A DNA stretch of 64,000 bases, from contig CAZFBA010000006.1 in assembly GCA_964517135.1 (NCBI GenBank), positions 17,447 to 81,446 on the forward strand, read 5' to 3'. Made by a program: the position numbers and the translations under genes. Below are positions 30,234 through 40,699 of this stretch, piece by piece; position 1 is the first letter of the stretch; every line of letters begins with the position of its first letter. The notes under the pieces were generated by a model that was not told the DNA's origin, ran no database searches, and was given only the letters and a program-made list of their open reading frames with translations. This DNA is from an uncultured Gammaproteobacteria bacterium. GTDB lineage: Bacteria > Cyanobacteriota > Vampirovibrionia > JBFMGH01.

Positions 30234-31421
30234 TTAGTCCTGCACCGGTAATGAGACTGCATCAGCTTTATTGTTATTAAAATATTGCGGATACAGGTGC
30301 GTAATGAGAATCATTATAATACTTGCAACCGGTACAGCCAGAAAAACACCCAGTATACCTGCAATTCTTTCGCCGATAATAAGTGAAAGTATAACAATAA
30401 CAGGGTTCATGCCTGTCATATCGCCAAGCAAGATAGGAACCAGTATATTATTGCTAAATATCTGAAATGCAGTAAATATAAGGAATATAAACAAAGCAGA
30501 AACAGGATCCTGAACAATAGCAACAATAAGAGCTGCCATAATACCAAGAGCCTGCCCAATAAAGGGCACAAATTGACCTGCACCTACAAAAATAGTCAGA
30601 ACAAGAGCATATTGCAGGCCAAAAAGGTAATAAATTATACCCATAAAAAGACCTGTGATAAAGCCTATTATTGCCTGTCCTCTAATATAGCCTATAAGAG
30701 CCTGATGAATTCGTCTTTCAATTTCTGTAATCTTTTCAAGTGGTGTGCCGGTAAGCAACTTATGCAGCCATTTTCTGATATTTTTCTCACTCAAAACAAA
30801 GCAAAACGAAAGTATAACGATAAGAATGGTATAAATAAGATTTCTAAAAGTGCCAGAAAGTATTACCGGTATTGCCGTTGCACCATGCTTGGCAAAATTT
30901 TCAAACTGTCTATAAAACTTTATGGTAAACTGTTTTGCTGCAGCATCACCGGGAGAAGTTAGATCAGGCTTAAGCTTAATTGTTTCAGGTTCTGGTTTTT
31001 CAGGCTTATAATCATCACCAGTAGCTTGATTTAAACCATAGCGAACTGTAAAATCACGTATATAGTTTGTTGACATTAGTTGAAGCTTAATGACATCTCT
31101 GGGTAGTGTCTGACTGAGCTCAATAATTTGCATGGAAACAGGCTTAATTAACAATATACAGGTGATTGTAATGATAATACTTGCTAACACATAAGTAGTT
31201 GTTGCTGCAATAAGCCTCTTGCGATAAAATTTCATATCCGGCAAAAAGCCTTCTATAGCTTTAATTGGCCATAGTAAGATATAGGTTACAGCCAGTGAAA
31301 TAGCAAGAATAGCAAACAAATCATAGAAATACCTTATAAAGTATATTATAGCGATTAATATAATCGCCCAGCATACAAGCGTAACAGATATTTTGAGGTT
31401 TTTATCGGTGTTAAAATTCAT
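30234..31421 (-). CDS. AI-2E family transporter (UPF0118/PerM-like)
   Basis: 395 aa, polytopic. The conserved C-terminal signature is NPVIVILSLIIGERIAGILGVFLAVPVASII. Confidence 0.8.
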   Translation of the reverse strand: MNFNTDKNLKISVTLVCWAIILIAIIYFIRYFYDLFAILAISLAVTYILLWPIKAIEGFLPDMKFYRKRLIAATTTYVLASIIITITCILLIKPVSMQIIELSQTLPRDVIKLQLMSTNYIRDFTVRYGLNQATGDDYKPEKPEPETIKLKPDLTSPGDAAAKQFTIKFYRQFENFAKHGATAIPVILSGTFRNLIYTILIVILSFCFVLSEKNIRKWLHKLLTGTPLEKITEIERRIHQALIGYIRGQAIIGFITGLFMGIIYYLFGLQYALVLTIFVGAGQFVPFIGQALGIMAALIVAIVQDPVSALFIFLIFTAFQIFSNNILVPILLGDMTGMNPVIVILSLIIGERIAGILGVFLAVPVASIIMILITHLYPQYFNNNKADAVSLPVQD

Positions 31422-31433
31422 AATAAGTAATAA

Positions 31434-32639
31434 TTATTCTGTTTGAGTGTTATTTTCTTTACATTCCTGAGGATGATGATCTTCCATAAGTGGCGGACAA
31501 AGGCCAAGAATAATAATGTTAATGATACAAGCTACAGGTACAGCCAGAAAAACGCCAATAAGACCGGCAATTCTTTCACCTATAATGATTGAAATGATTA
31601 TAATAACCGGGTTCAGGCCAGTTAGATTACCCAGTAATTTTGGTGCAATGATATTATTACAGAATATCTGAACAGCCAGAAATACAATGATTATAAAGAT
31701 TACAGAAACTGGTGATTGAACCAGGCCAACAATTATGGCAGCCAGAAGAGCAATAGCATGACCTAAAAAAGGTACAAACTGACCTATGCCCATCAGCAGA
31801 GCCAGTGTAAGAGAGTATTTTAGACTAAATGAATAGTATACTATCCACATGCAGATAGCAGTTATCAGCCCAATGATCGCCTGACCTTTTATATAGCCTA
31901 TAATAGAATGATGTATTTTTTCTTCTATATGAACGAGTTTTTTTAGTTTTGTACCTTCAATCAGGTATTTGAGCCAGTTTCTGAGGCTTTGTTCGCTTAA
32001 TATAAAGTAAAATGAAAGCATTAAAATAATAATGGCGTATATAATGTTGCGTAATGTGCCGGATACCAGAAGCGGAACTACTGAGACCCCGTGTTTGGCA
32101 AGATTTTCCAGTTCTTTATAAACTTTCAATTTTATTATCTGGGCGGTTTTTTCTTTATTTTCACCTGTATCCTTATTTATAATGATGTTATTATTTTCAT
32201 CCTGTTCAAAATCTTCTTCAGTAGGGGTATCAAGATAATCACTAACATTAATACCATATTGGACAGAGGTTTTGTTAATATAGTTAATAGCTTTATTCTG
32301 TATTTTTACTATGTTTTTTGGCATAGCAACACTTAAATCAATTAACTGCCTTGAAACAGGTTGAATGACTATCAGTGTAATCAGGGATATAAAAATAATA
32401 GCAAGAATATATGTAATGATTGTTGATACTAAACGACGATGTTCGGGTTTTATTTCTACAAGGTTGTCTTCAATAGCTTTAATTGGCCAGAGCATAATGT
32501 ATGTAATCGAGAGCGAGATTGCAACAATGGCAAATAAATCGGCAAAATATCTTATTAACATTACCAGAAAAATGAATAAGATAATCCAGCAGACCACTAT
32601 GACAGACATTCTGAAGTTTTTTTCAATGTTTTCAAGCAT
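31434..32639 (-). CDS. AI-2E family transporter, tandem paralog
   Basis: The same architecture and signature as the downstream paralog: NPVIIIISIIIGERIAGLIGVFLAVPVACII. There is a 12-bp gap to that paralog. The ATG at 32639 is chosen over the TTG at 32642. Confidence 0.8.
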   Translation of the reverse strand: MLENIEKNFRMSVIVVCWIILFIFLVMLIRYFADLFAIVAISLSITYIMLWPIKAIEDNLVEIKPEHRRLVSTIITYILAIIFISLITLIVIQPVSRQLIDLSVAMPKNIVKIQNKAINYINKTSVQYGINVSDYLDTPTEEDFEQDENNNIIINKDTGENKEKTAQIIKLKVYKELENLAKHGVSVVPLLVSGTLRNIIYAIIILMLSFYFILSEQSLRNWLKYLIEGTKLKKLVHIEEKIHHSIIGYIKGQAIIGLITAICMWIVYYSFSLKYSLTLALLMGIGQFVPFLGHAIALLAAIIVGLVQSPVSVIFIIIVFLAVQIFCNNIIAPKLLGNLTGLNPVIIIISIIIGERIAGLIGVFLAVPVACIINIIILGLCPPLMEDHHPQECKENNTQTE

Positions 32640-32956
32640 CAACAGTTACCTGTGAAACAATGATGAAGACTAATAATATTTTGCAATGATAAGTTTAATA
32701 ATACAAGTTAAAAAGATATTCAAATAATCTTATGATGCAGCTATTTTAAGTTATTCAGTAGATAATATGCAATAAATAATTAAGAATTGCGTACTTAAAT
32801 CAGGGTATTTTTTATGATAAAAGGGTTTTGAGTAATATTAAAAAATGTTTGAAATCATCTTAATTCAATTGCTAAATATGTAGAAAGATTTTATTATATT
32901 ATGAATATCTAAAAATGGTGCATATAATGACATACATTAACAAAGGAAAAAGCCAT

Positions 32957-33970
32957 ATGAATAAGGATATAAAGCATAAGAAATTCGTAACAATTGGCAA
33001 CGGAACCGGTCAGGCAACTATCTTAAAGCATCTACACAGTTATGTTGAAGATATTACGGCTATTGTTGGCGTAACAGACAATGGTGGCCACAGCGGTCTA
33101 TTACGACGTATGCTGAATATACCGGCACCAGGTGATATTAGAAATTGTATGTCTAATGTATGCGATAAAGAATCATCTCTGGCTAGCTTGATACGTTATC
33201 GTTTTAATAAAGGAGAGCTTGAAGGGGTTAGTCTGGGCAATTTAATTATTTCAGCACTGACAGATATAGAAGGAGATATGGGTAAAGCAGTTGAGCAGCT
33301 TGGTAAAATGTTATATCTAAAACCCAGAATACTTCCAGCAAGCATAGAAAGTGCACAGATATGTGCAGAACTTGAAGATGGACAGATTATTGAGGGAGAA
33401 TTTGAGATTATACGTCGTGAAAATAAAGAGGCTCATATTGTTAGAATGTTCCATAAGCCTGAAATTACCGCCTATGCACCCTGTCTTGATGCGGTAAGAG
33501 AAGCAGATGTTATAGTTATATCTCCCGGAACTTTGCGAACCGGTATCATTTCTACACTTCTTGCAAAAGGCATGAAAGAGGCTATAACAAAAAGTCCGGC
33601 CAGAATAATCTTTATCTGCAACATTATGACCAACCCCGGTCAGACTGAAAACTTTTCTGCAAGAGATCATATAGAAGAAATTACCCGCTACCTTGGCAGA
33701 AAACCTGATTATACTCTGGTTCATGATGGTATGATACCTGATTTTGTTCAGGAAATATATGTAAAAGAACGTTCACATCCAGTAAAGCATATAAATGTAG
33801 ACAACGAAGACATAAGTATTATTTTTGAAAATCTCCTCGAGCAGATTGATGAAAATGAAATACAGAAATATCAGCGCACAGGTGGAGAACATATAAAGAA
33901 AACCCCTCATCTTATAAGGCATGACGCCCGGAAGGTTGCAAGTATTATTCTGGAATTATCAAATAATTAG
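32957..33970 (+). CDS. YvcK/CofD-like protein (UPF0052 gluconeogenesis-factor / 2-phospho-L-lactate transferase family)
   Basis: Family motifs KKFVTIGNGTG, VGVTDNGGHSGLLRR and PAPGDIRNCMS are present. An AAAGGAAAAAG RBS precedes the ATG at 32957. Confidence 0.8.
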   Translation: MNKDIKHKKFVTIGNGTGQATILKHLHSYVEDITAIVGVTDNGGHSGLLRRMLNIPAPGDIRNCMSNVCDKESSLASLIRYRFNKGELEGVSLGNLIISALTDIEGDMGKAVEQLGKMLYLKPRILPASIESAQICAELEDGQIIEGEFEIIRRENKEAHIVRMFHKPEITAYAPCLDAVREADVIVISPGTLRTGIISTLLAKGMKEAITKSPARIIFICNIMTNPGQTENFSARDHIEEITRYLGRKPDYTLVHDGMIPDFVQEIYVKERSHPVKHINVDNEDISIIFENLLEQIDENEIQKYQRTGGEHIKKTPHLIRHDARKVASIILELSNN

Positions 33971-34167
33971 CCTATTTTCTCTGGCCCGACCGCTGCTAAC
34001 CTTCAATTTGAGGTGTTTTGGCCAAAAATACATGTTTAGTATCAAGCAGGGTGTGTTTATGTTATGAAAACCTTAAAATTTTCATTAACATTTGAATAAA
34101 AATTGGAATAATTTCTGTGCAGGTGTCATCTTTATTTTTAAAGGTATTAAAACGCAAAACCGATTTA

Positions 34168-34190
34168 CTGGAAAATCGTTAATTTTCCAG
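34168..34190 (+). other. Stem-loops in the 5' UTR of the alpha-2-macroglobulin gene
   Basis: A 9-bp stem, ctggaaaat/attttccag, has a 5-nt loop. It overlaps a 6-bp stem, cgattt/aaatcg. The pair lies about 45 bp upstream of the AGGAG RBS. Confidence 0.3.
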
Positions 34191-34233
34191 CAGTATAGAA
34201 TTTTTTTGTTTTTAGTTTTACAGGAGTAATTGT

Positions 34234-37200
34234 ATGAATAAGAGGCACATAATTTCGATTACAGGGATTCTGATAGTTTTCTTAGTACTTTTGATAACCT
34301 TTCTGGGTGGGTCAAAATCTGCTTCCTGCTATGTAGAACCTGATACCAGCTCAAAAATACTGCACTTTGACAATAACAAAACAAAAATAGATGTTTCTGC
34401 AAAAAAACTCGATGCAACTATTTGCATTGTAAACCCTGAAAGGCAAAAAACTTCCGGAAAACTTTTTGTCTCTCTACTTGATCCTGACGGCAAATCTGTA
34501 GCAGCAACCCGCCAGGAAATATTCCTGAGAGGCCAGATAAATAACATCTTTAATGTAAACCTCCCGGTAGATACTGATCGTAAGACTCTTATGTCTTATC
34601 GCCTGCACTATGTATTTAAATATGGCAACGGAAACACTTACTGTCCTCCGAACACTAAATGTGATAAAAGTTCTGACAAAATCGAAGGCTTAAAAAGCGT
34701 CTATTCCGCCACTGATCACCTGTCTTTAAGGATGCTTGCACAGAGCAACTATATATCCGGAGCCCCGGCATCGTTCAGGCTTGTCGCTTTTAACCCTGCT
34801 AGCTCAGAACCGGTCAACAATGCTGACGTAACTGTTAAACTGGCCACTAAAGAAGGTGCTGAAACCCTCCTCTATACTGGCAAAACAAATAATGTGGGTA
34901 CTGTAAACGCTAACTTTTCTATACCTGAAGACAAAGAAGGATCTTATGACCTCAAAATTGCAGTCGCAGCAAGTATACCTCAAAAAGCTGAAGAGGTTAT
35001 ATCACAGCCCATAAAGATTAAACGTGATTATAAAATTATGATATCTACTGATAAACCTATATATCAGCCCAACCAGACTATTAAAATTCGAGCTCTGGCC
35101 CTGAATTCAGGGACTCTCAACCCTGTCAGCAACAAAGAATCATACATAGAGGTCTTCGACGCTAAAGGCAACAAGGTATTCAAAAAGAAAATAGATACCG
35201 ATAAGTTTGGTATAACTTCCGCAGACTTTACCCTCGCAGACGAAATCAATATGGGTAACTATAAAATTAAAGCCATAATTGATAAAGTATCAAGTGAAAA
35301 GACCGTCAAAGTATCCAGATACGTACTTCCAAAGTTTAAGGTCGTTTTCAATACGGATAAAGCCTATTATCTGCCTTCAGAGACTGTTAAGGGTACCGTG
35401 GATGCCAATTACTTCTTTGGGAAATCACTTAATGATGCTGAAGTCACCATTAAAGTTGACAAATATGATATTGGCTTTTCTACTATTCAAGAAATAAAAG
35501 GTAAAACAGATACCAGCGGACATTTTGACTTTGAAATAAGACTACCTGACAGTTTTGTAGGCCAAAACCTGGCCTCAGGAAACGCTCTTGTCAAATTTGA
35601 TATTAAAGTTAAAGACACTGCCGAGCATTCAGAGCAAAAAACAGCCTCTGTGCTGGTATCTCAACAACCTATTAATATAAACGTAATACCTGAAAGCGGC
35701 AACATAGCAAAGAATATTGACAACATGATTTATGTAATGACCACATATCCTGATGGTTCACCAGCTATTACTGAAGTTAAAGTGAAATATGATAATCAGG
35801 AAAAAGTTTTGAATACTGACTCCTCAGGCATTGCAACTTTTTCAGCTAAAATAAACAATGCTAATCTGAATATAATATCCTCTGCCATGGATTCAAAGGG
35901 TAATAAGGCATCTCAGTCTTTTAACCTCTCAACCGAACCGTCAGAAAATTCAATATTGTTAAGAACCAGCAAAGCTATTGCTAAAGTAGGAGAAACCATA
36001 AACATTCAAACCCTTTCAACTAAGTCAAAAGGCACTGTTTATATAGATATGATAAAAAATAGTCAGACAGTCCTCACCAAATCAATGGATATCAAGAACG
36101 GTCATGCTGAAATGGCCTTTGATATACCTCCTGAACTAGCAGGCACTATCGGTATTAATGCATACATAATTGATCAAAGCAGTGAAATAATTAGAGACAG
36201 CAAAATAGTATACATAAATCAGGCAGAAGATCTCATAATCTCAATAAAAGCAGATAAAAAGACCTATAAACCTGCTGAAGAAGCTGTCATAAACTTTAAA
36301 GTCACTGATAGCAATAAACATCCTGTGCTTGCTGCACTGGGCATCTATGTAGTTGATGAAAGCGTTTTTGCCCTATCAGAACTGCAACCTGGCCTTGAAA
36401 AAGTCTTTTTCACCCTTGAAGAAGAAATAATGAAACCCAGGTTTGAAATACACGGCCTGACACCAGAACAGGTTATTAAACCACTTGCAGAAGAGAGAGA
36501 TCAACTGGCTGAAAGGCAACAGCAGGCCGCCAGAGTACTTTTTGCGGCAGCTGAAAACATTAAAGATTACACTGTTAATATCGATACTTATTCTGATAAT
36601 ATTGAAAACCTGATTTCTGCATACCAGAATACACTCTATGATAAACAAAGAGCTATTCAAAATGCCTTTTATGCTCTTATGAGAAAGAATAACAATAAAG
36701 GCATTACAGAAAAAGAGCCGATAAAAGTTCTTATTGCTGGTGGATATCTCAAAAAATCAGACAGCATAGACCCCTGGGGAAATATGTTTGTCATGGCTCC
36801 TATCAATGATAGGAAAATCAAATATTTCCATGATTATGTAATCTTAAGCAAAGGGCCTGATGGCGTTGCAGGTACATCTGATGATCTTGCTATGACTGAG
36901 TATTATGGTATTACTATCGCTATTGATCTTGAAAATCCTTCAATTATGAAAGATGCTTTTGAAGGTAAAAACCTGAAAGAGGTTGCCAGAGTGTTTTACA
37001 GTGGACGCTACCTGAGAAGAAAAATGCAGCGATTTATGGTCGAAGAAGGTATGATGCTTGATGCAATGCCTGCTGCTGGCGTAATGGGAGCTGCCAGAAA
37101 CGAGGCTGTAAAAGCATCTAAGCCAATGGAAAAAGAAGCTAAAAAAGATAAGTCTGCTACTGCTGCTTCAGGCGATTCTCAGGAAATTAGGGTAAGAGAC

Positions 37201-39285
37201 TATTTTCCTGAGACACTGTATGCTAATCCTTCAGTTATAACAGACGCTAATGGCAATGCATCTATAACTATTCCAATGGCTGACTCTATTACAACCTGGC
37301 GTTTAAGTGCCATGGCTAATTCTTTAAAGGGTCTTCTGGGCAGCAATACGTCTGGCATCAGGGTGTTTCAGGATTTCTTTATAGACATAGATCTTCCTGT
37401 TTCACTGACAGAAAACGATAAGGTAAGAATACCGGTTGCAATCTATAACTATCTGCCTTCTGAACAGACTATAAAGCTTAAAATGCTTCAAGAAGACTGG
37501 TATAAGACAGATAGTGGTCTTGAAAAATCAGTTAAACTGGGTCCCAATCAGGTCAGCGTAGAATATTTCTCTGTTGAAGTAACAAAACTTGGCAATCATA
37601 CACTGACAGTTTATGCGTATGGCAGCAAGTTAAGCGATGCTATAAAGCGTCAGGTCAGGGTAGAACCTGATGGTGAAGAGTTCAGAGATGCTATAAACGG
37701 TCGTCTGGATGCAGAGGTCAGCCATGATATAGTAATACCTGCTAAGGCTATTGACGATGCCAGCAGGATACTGGTAAAAGTCTATCCCGGATATCTGTCT
37801 CAGGTTGTCGAAGGACTTGACAAGATATTCAGAATGCCCTCAGGATGCTTTGAACAAACTTCATCTGTTACATATCCTAATATACTGGTACTTGACTATA
37901 TGAAAAGAACCAGTCAAATTAGTCCAGAGATTCAGATGAAAGCTGAAAGCTATATCAACTCAGGTTATCAGAGATTATTGACCTTTGAAGTACCTGGAGG
38001 CGGCTTTGACTGGTTTGGCAGACCACCTGCTAATAAAATTCTGACAGCATACGGTCTGATGGAATTCTTCGATATGTCTGCTGTCCACGAGGTAGACCCG
38101 AATATTATCACCAGAACCCAGAACTGGCTTATTAGCAAACAAGAAGCTGATGGAGCCTGGACTCCTGATGAAGGTGGCATAGCAGAAGGTGCAATCAATC
38201 AATATCGTGGACACAAGCTGAGAACAACAGCCTACATCGGTTGGGCACTTGCAAGCTCAAATTATGATGGTCCTGCTCTGGATAAAGCAGTTACATATAT
38301 CAAAAAACATATTGATGAGGCTGAAGATGCTTATACTTACGCTGTTTTAGCTAACCTGCTTGTTCTGAATAATCCGGATGACCCGATTACTGATCAGGTC
38401 TTTAATAGCCTGCTGAAACTTAAAAAAGAAAAAGATGACACCATATACTGGGAACAAAAGAACGAAACACCCATGTTTGGTGGGGGTATAAGTGCTAATA
38501 TAGAAGTTACAGCACTGGCTACTATTGCTCTGATTAACTATGGCAAAGAAGTTGGTACAACCAATAAAGCACTTAATTATCTTATACAGTCTAAAGATAC
38601 TTTCGGAACATGGCATACTACTCAGGCAACTATTTTATCTATGAAAGCCCTGCTGATGTCTATGGGTGATGCTACTTCTAAGGTTAATGCTACGATAAAA
38701 GTACTGAAAGATGGTAAAGAAGTTGACTCATTCAAACTTGATGACTCTAATTCTGACGTTCTTAAACAAATTGACCTGAAAAATATGACTTCAAAAGGCA
38801 AAAATAACATTACTTTAAAAATTGATGGACACGGAAGTATGCTTTATCAGATTGTAAGCATCTACTACATACCGTGGGATCTACTTGACAAGCCTAAAGT
38901 GCCTGAACTCAGCATTGATGTAAGCTATGATAAAACAACTCTGGATAAAGACGATTATGCAACTGCTGAAGTTATTGTCCAGAATAATACTGATAAAACA
39001 GCTAATATGGTTATTGTAGATCTGGGTATACCTCCTGGGTTTGAAGTTCAAACTGAAGATCTTGACAAACTGGTATCAAGCAAGCTTATCACTAGATATT
39101 CAATAGCTGCCAGGCAGATCATACTTTATTTTGACAAAATAACCCCCAATAATACATTAACATTTAACTATCGTCTGAAAGCCAGGCTATCCATCAAGGC
39201 TCAAAGTGGTAAATCTAAAGTTTATAAATATTATGAGCCAGGTGTTAACAATACTTCTGAACCTGTCGAAATTACTGTCAGATAG
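34234..39285 (+). CDS. Alpha-2-macroglobulin family protein (bacterial A2M), membrane-anchored
   Basis: 1683 aa with an N-terminal anchor followed by repeated MG-like beta domains. A thioester-type CxEQ motif, PSGCFEQT, is present. A perfect AGGAG RBS precedes the ATG. Confidence 0.85.
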   Translation: MNKRHIISITGILIVFLVLLITFLGGSKSASCYVEPDTSSKILHFDNNKTKIDVSAKKLDATICIVNPERQKTSGKLFVSLLDPDGKSVAATRQEIFLRGQINNIFNVNLPVDTDRKTLMSYRLHYVFKYGNGNTYCPPNTKCDKSSDKIEGLKSVYSATDHLSLRMLAQSNYISGAPASFRLVAFNPASSEPVNNADVTVKLATKEGAETLLYTGKTNNVGTVNANFSIPEDKEGSYDLKIAVAASIPQKAEEVISQPIKIKRDYKIMISTDKPIYQPNQTIKIRALALNSGTLNPVSNKESYIEVFDAKGNKVFKKKIDTDKFGITSADFTLADEINMGNYKIKAIIDKVSSEKTVKVSRYVLPKFKVVFNTDKAYYLPSETVKGTVDANYFFGKSLNDAEVTIKVDKYDIGFSTIQEIKGKTDTSGHFDFEIRLPDSFVGQNLASGNALVKFDIKVKDTAEHSEQKTASVLVSQQPININVIPESGNIAKNIDNMIYVMTTYPDGSPAITEVKVKYDNQEKVLNTDSSGIATFSAKINNANLNIISSAMDSKGNKASQSFNLSTEPSENSILLRTSKAIAKVGETINIQTLSTKSKGTVYIDMIKNSQTVLTKSMDIKNGHAEMAFDIPPELAGTIGINAYIIDQSSEIIRDSKIVYINQAEDLIISIKADKKTYKPAEEAVINFKVTDSNKHPVLAALGIYVVDESVFALSELQPGLEKVFFTLEEEIMKPRFEIHGLTPEQVIKPLAEERDQLAERQQQAARVLFAAAENIKDYTVNIDTYSDNIENLISAYQNTLYDKQRAIQNAFYALMRKNNNKGITEKEPIKVLIAGGYLKKSDSIDPWGNMFVMAPINDRKIKYFHDYVILSKGPDGVAGTSDDLAMTEYYGITIAIDLENPSIMKDAFEGKNLKEVARVFYSGRYLRRKMQRFMVEEGMMLDAMPAAGVMGAARNEAVKASKPMEKEAKKDKSATAASGDSQEIRVRDYFPETLYANPSVITDANGNASITIPMADSITTWRLSAMANSLKGLLGSNTSGIRVFQDFFIDIDLPVSLTENDKVRIPVAIYNYLPSEQTIKLKMLQEDWYKTDSGLEKSVKLGPNQVSVEYFSVEVTKLGNHTLTVYAYGSKLSDAIKRQVRVEPDGEEFRDAINGRLDAEVSHDIVIPAKAIDDASRILVKVYPGYLSQVVEGLDKIFRMPSGCFEQTSSVTYPNILVLDYMKRTSQISPEIQMKAESYINSGYQRLLTFEVPGGGFDWFGRPPANKILTAYGLMEFFDMSAVHEVDPNIITRTQNWLISKQEADGAWTPDEGGIAEGAINQYRGHKLRTTAYIGWALASSNYDGPALDKAVTYIKKHIDEAEDAYTYAVLANLLVLNNPDDPITDQVFNSLLKLKKEKDDTIYWEQKNETPMFGGGISANIEVTALATIALINYGKEVGTTNKALNYLIQSKDTFGTWHTTQATILSMKALLMSMGDATSKVNATIKVLKDGKEVDSFKLDDSNSDVLKQIDLKNMTSKGKNNITLKIDGHGSMLYQIVSIYYIPWDLLDKPKVPELSIDVSYDKTTLDKDDYATAEVIVQNNTDKTANMVIVDLGIPPGFEVQTEDLDKLVSSKLITRYSIAARQIILYFDKITPNNTLTFNYRLKARLSIKAQSGKSKVYKYYEPGVNNTSEPVEITVR

Positions 39286-39314
39286 GCTTTCAAAGGCTAA
39301 ATATAAACCATTCA

Positions 39315-39353
39315 GGGCTTTTGCTTCGTCTAAGGGGCAAAAGCCCGATTTTA
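39315..39353 (+). terminator. Rho-independent terminator of the A2M gene
   Basis: A 10-bp stem, gggcttttgc/gcaaaagccc, has an 11-nt loop and is followed by gatttta. Confidence 0.55.
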
Positions 39354-39725
39354 TATCCTCAAAAACTTTTAATCGGGTTTTTATCACAGAAAAAATACAT
39401 ATTTATTGTTTAAATTTGTTTACAAAAGGTTCCAAAATTTTAACTGGTTGTTTTTATATATATAGAAAAAGAAACAAGCTTAATAAAATCCTTAAATATA
39501 CATCTCCTCTCAAAATTACTCTCTTAAAAGGCATAAATACTCATACTCAAAGAATGGTTAATTCTCTATCCTCAAAAAAGTCTTTTTCCGGTGGGCAAAA
39601 CCGGAATTTTTTTTTGAAAAGCCTTTACCGGTAAACTACTTTCAATGTATAATGAAAACTTTAAATCTTAAAGATAATACCCTATTGAAAATCTTAAAAT
39701 CTTTATGAAACCTGAAGGAAAGCTT

Positions 39726-40673
39726 ATGAGAGCACTGGTTTACGATAAAAAACTTGAATTACAGCCTAATTATCCACTGCATTATACTGCTAATGAGGCT
39801 CTGATCAGGGTAACTATGGCAGGAATCTGTAATACAGACATTGAAATAACCAGAGGATATATGAAATTTACCGGTATACCAGGTCATGAGTTTATCGGCA
39901 TAGTGGAAAAGGCAAATAATACAGAATTAATAGGTAGGCGTATTACAGGAGAAATAAATTGTGCCTGTCATGAGTGTGATTATTGCCTGAATAACCTCTC
40001 AAATCACTGCCCGAATAGATCAGTACTGGGCATCCTGAACCACAACGGAGCGTTTGCAGACTATATTAGTGTTCCTGAAGAGAATTTGCATATAGTGCCT
40101 GACAGCATTTCAGATGAAGAAGCAGTCTTTATAGAGCCACTGGCAGCAGCTTTTGAGATTTTTGAGCAGGTTAATATTTCTGAAAATGACATGGTTGTAG
40201 TTCTGGGTGACGGAAAACTAGGTCTGCTAATAGCTCAGGTGATTGCACTTAAAACAAAACACCTGACAGTTATCGGCAAGCATCATAATAAGCTTCAAAT
40301 ACTTGATAAGCCCGGTATTAACACAATACACTTAAACGAAACTACAGATATTGAAGCTGATATAGTTATTGAAGCTACTGGAAGTTCTTCAGGATTAAGC
40401 ATGGCCATTGATACAGTTAGACCAAAAGGCACCATTGTATTAAAAACTACTATTGCAGGTTATCAAAACATTAATCTATCAAAGGTTGTAGTAAATGAGA
40501 TTACAATTACAGGCTCACGCTGCGGCCCATTTAAACCTGCCATAGAGGCTCTTGCATCAAAATCAGTGGCTGTTTTACCGTTAATTTCAAAAATATACAC
40601 CATTGATGAGGCATTAGAAGCTTTTGAATTTGCTTCTAAGCCCGGAGTACTCAAAGTTTTGCTTAAATTTTAA
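39726..40673 (+). CDS. Zinc-dependent medium-chain dehydrogenase/reductase (threonine/sorbitol dehydrogenase-like)
   Basis: Starts MRALVYDKK. The catalytic-zinc region is GICNTDIEI...GHEFIG and the structural-zinc Cys cluster is CACHECDYCLNNLSNHC. The NAD-binding fold is VVVLGDGKLG. An AAGGAAAG RBS precedes the ATG at 39726. Confidence 0.8.
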   Translation: MRALVYDKKLELQPNYPLHYTANEALIRVTMAGICNTDIEITRGYMKFTGIPGHEFIGIVEKANNTELIGRRITGEINCACHECDYCLNNLSNHCPNRSVLGILNHNGAFADYISVPEENLHIVPDSISDEEAVFIEPLAAAFEIFEQVNISENDMVVVLGDGKLGLLIAQVIALKTKHLTVIGKHHNKLQILDKPGINTIHLNETTDIEADIVIEATGSSSGLSMAIDTVRPKGTIVLKTTIAGYQNINLSKVVVNEITITGSRCGPFKPAIEALASKSVAVLPLISKIYTIDEALEAFEFASKPGVLKVLLKF

Positions 40674-40699
40674 CGCTATTAATTGGTTAACAAAATCAA

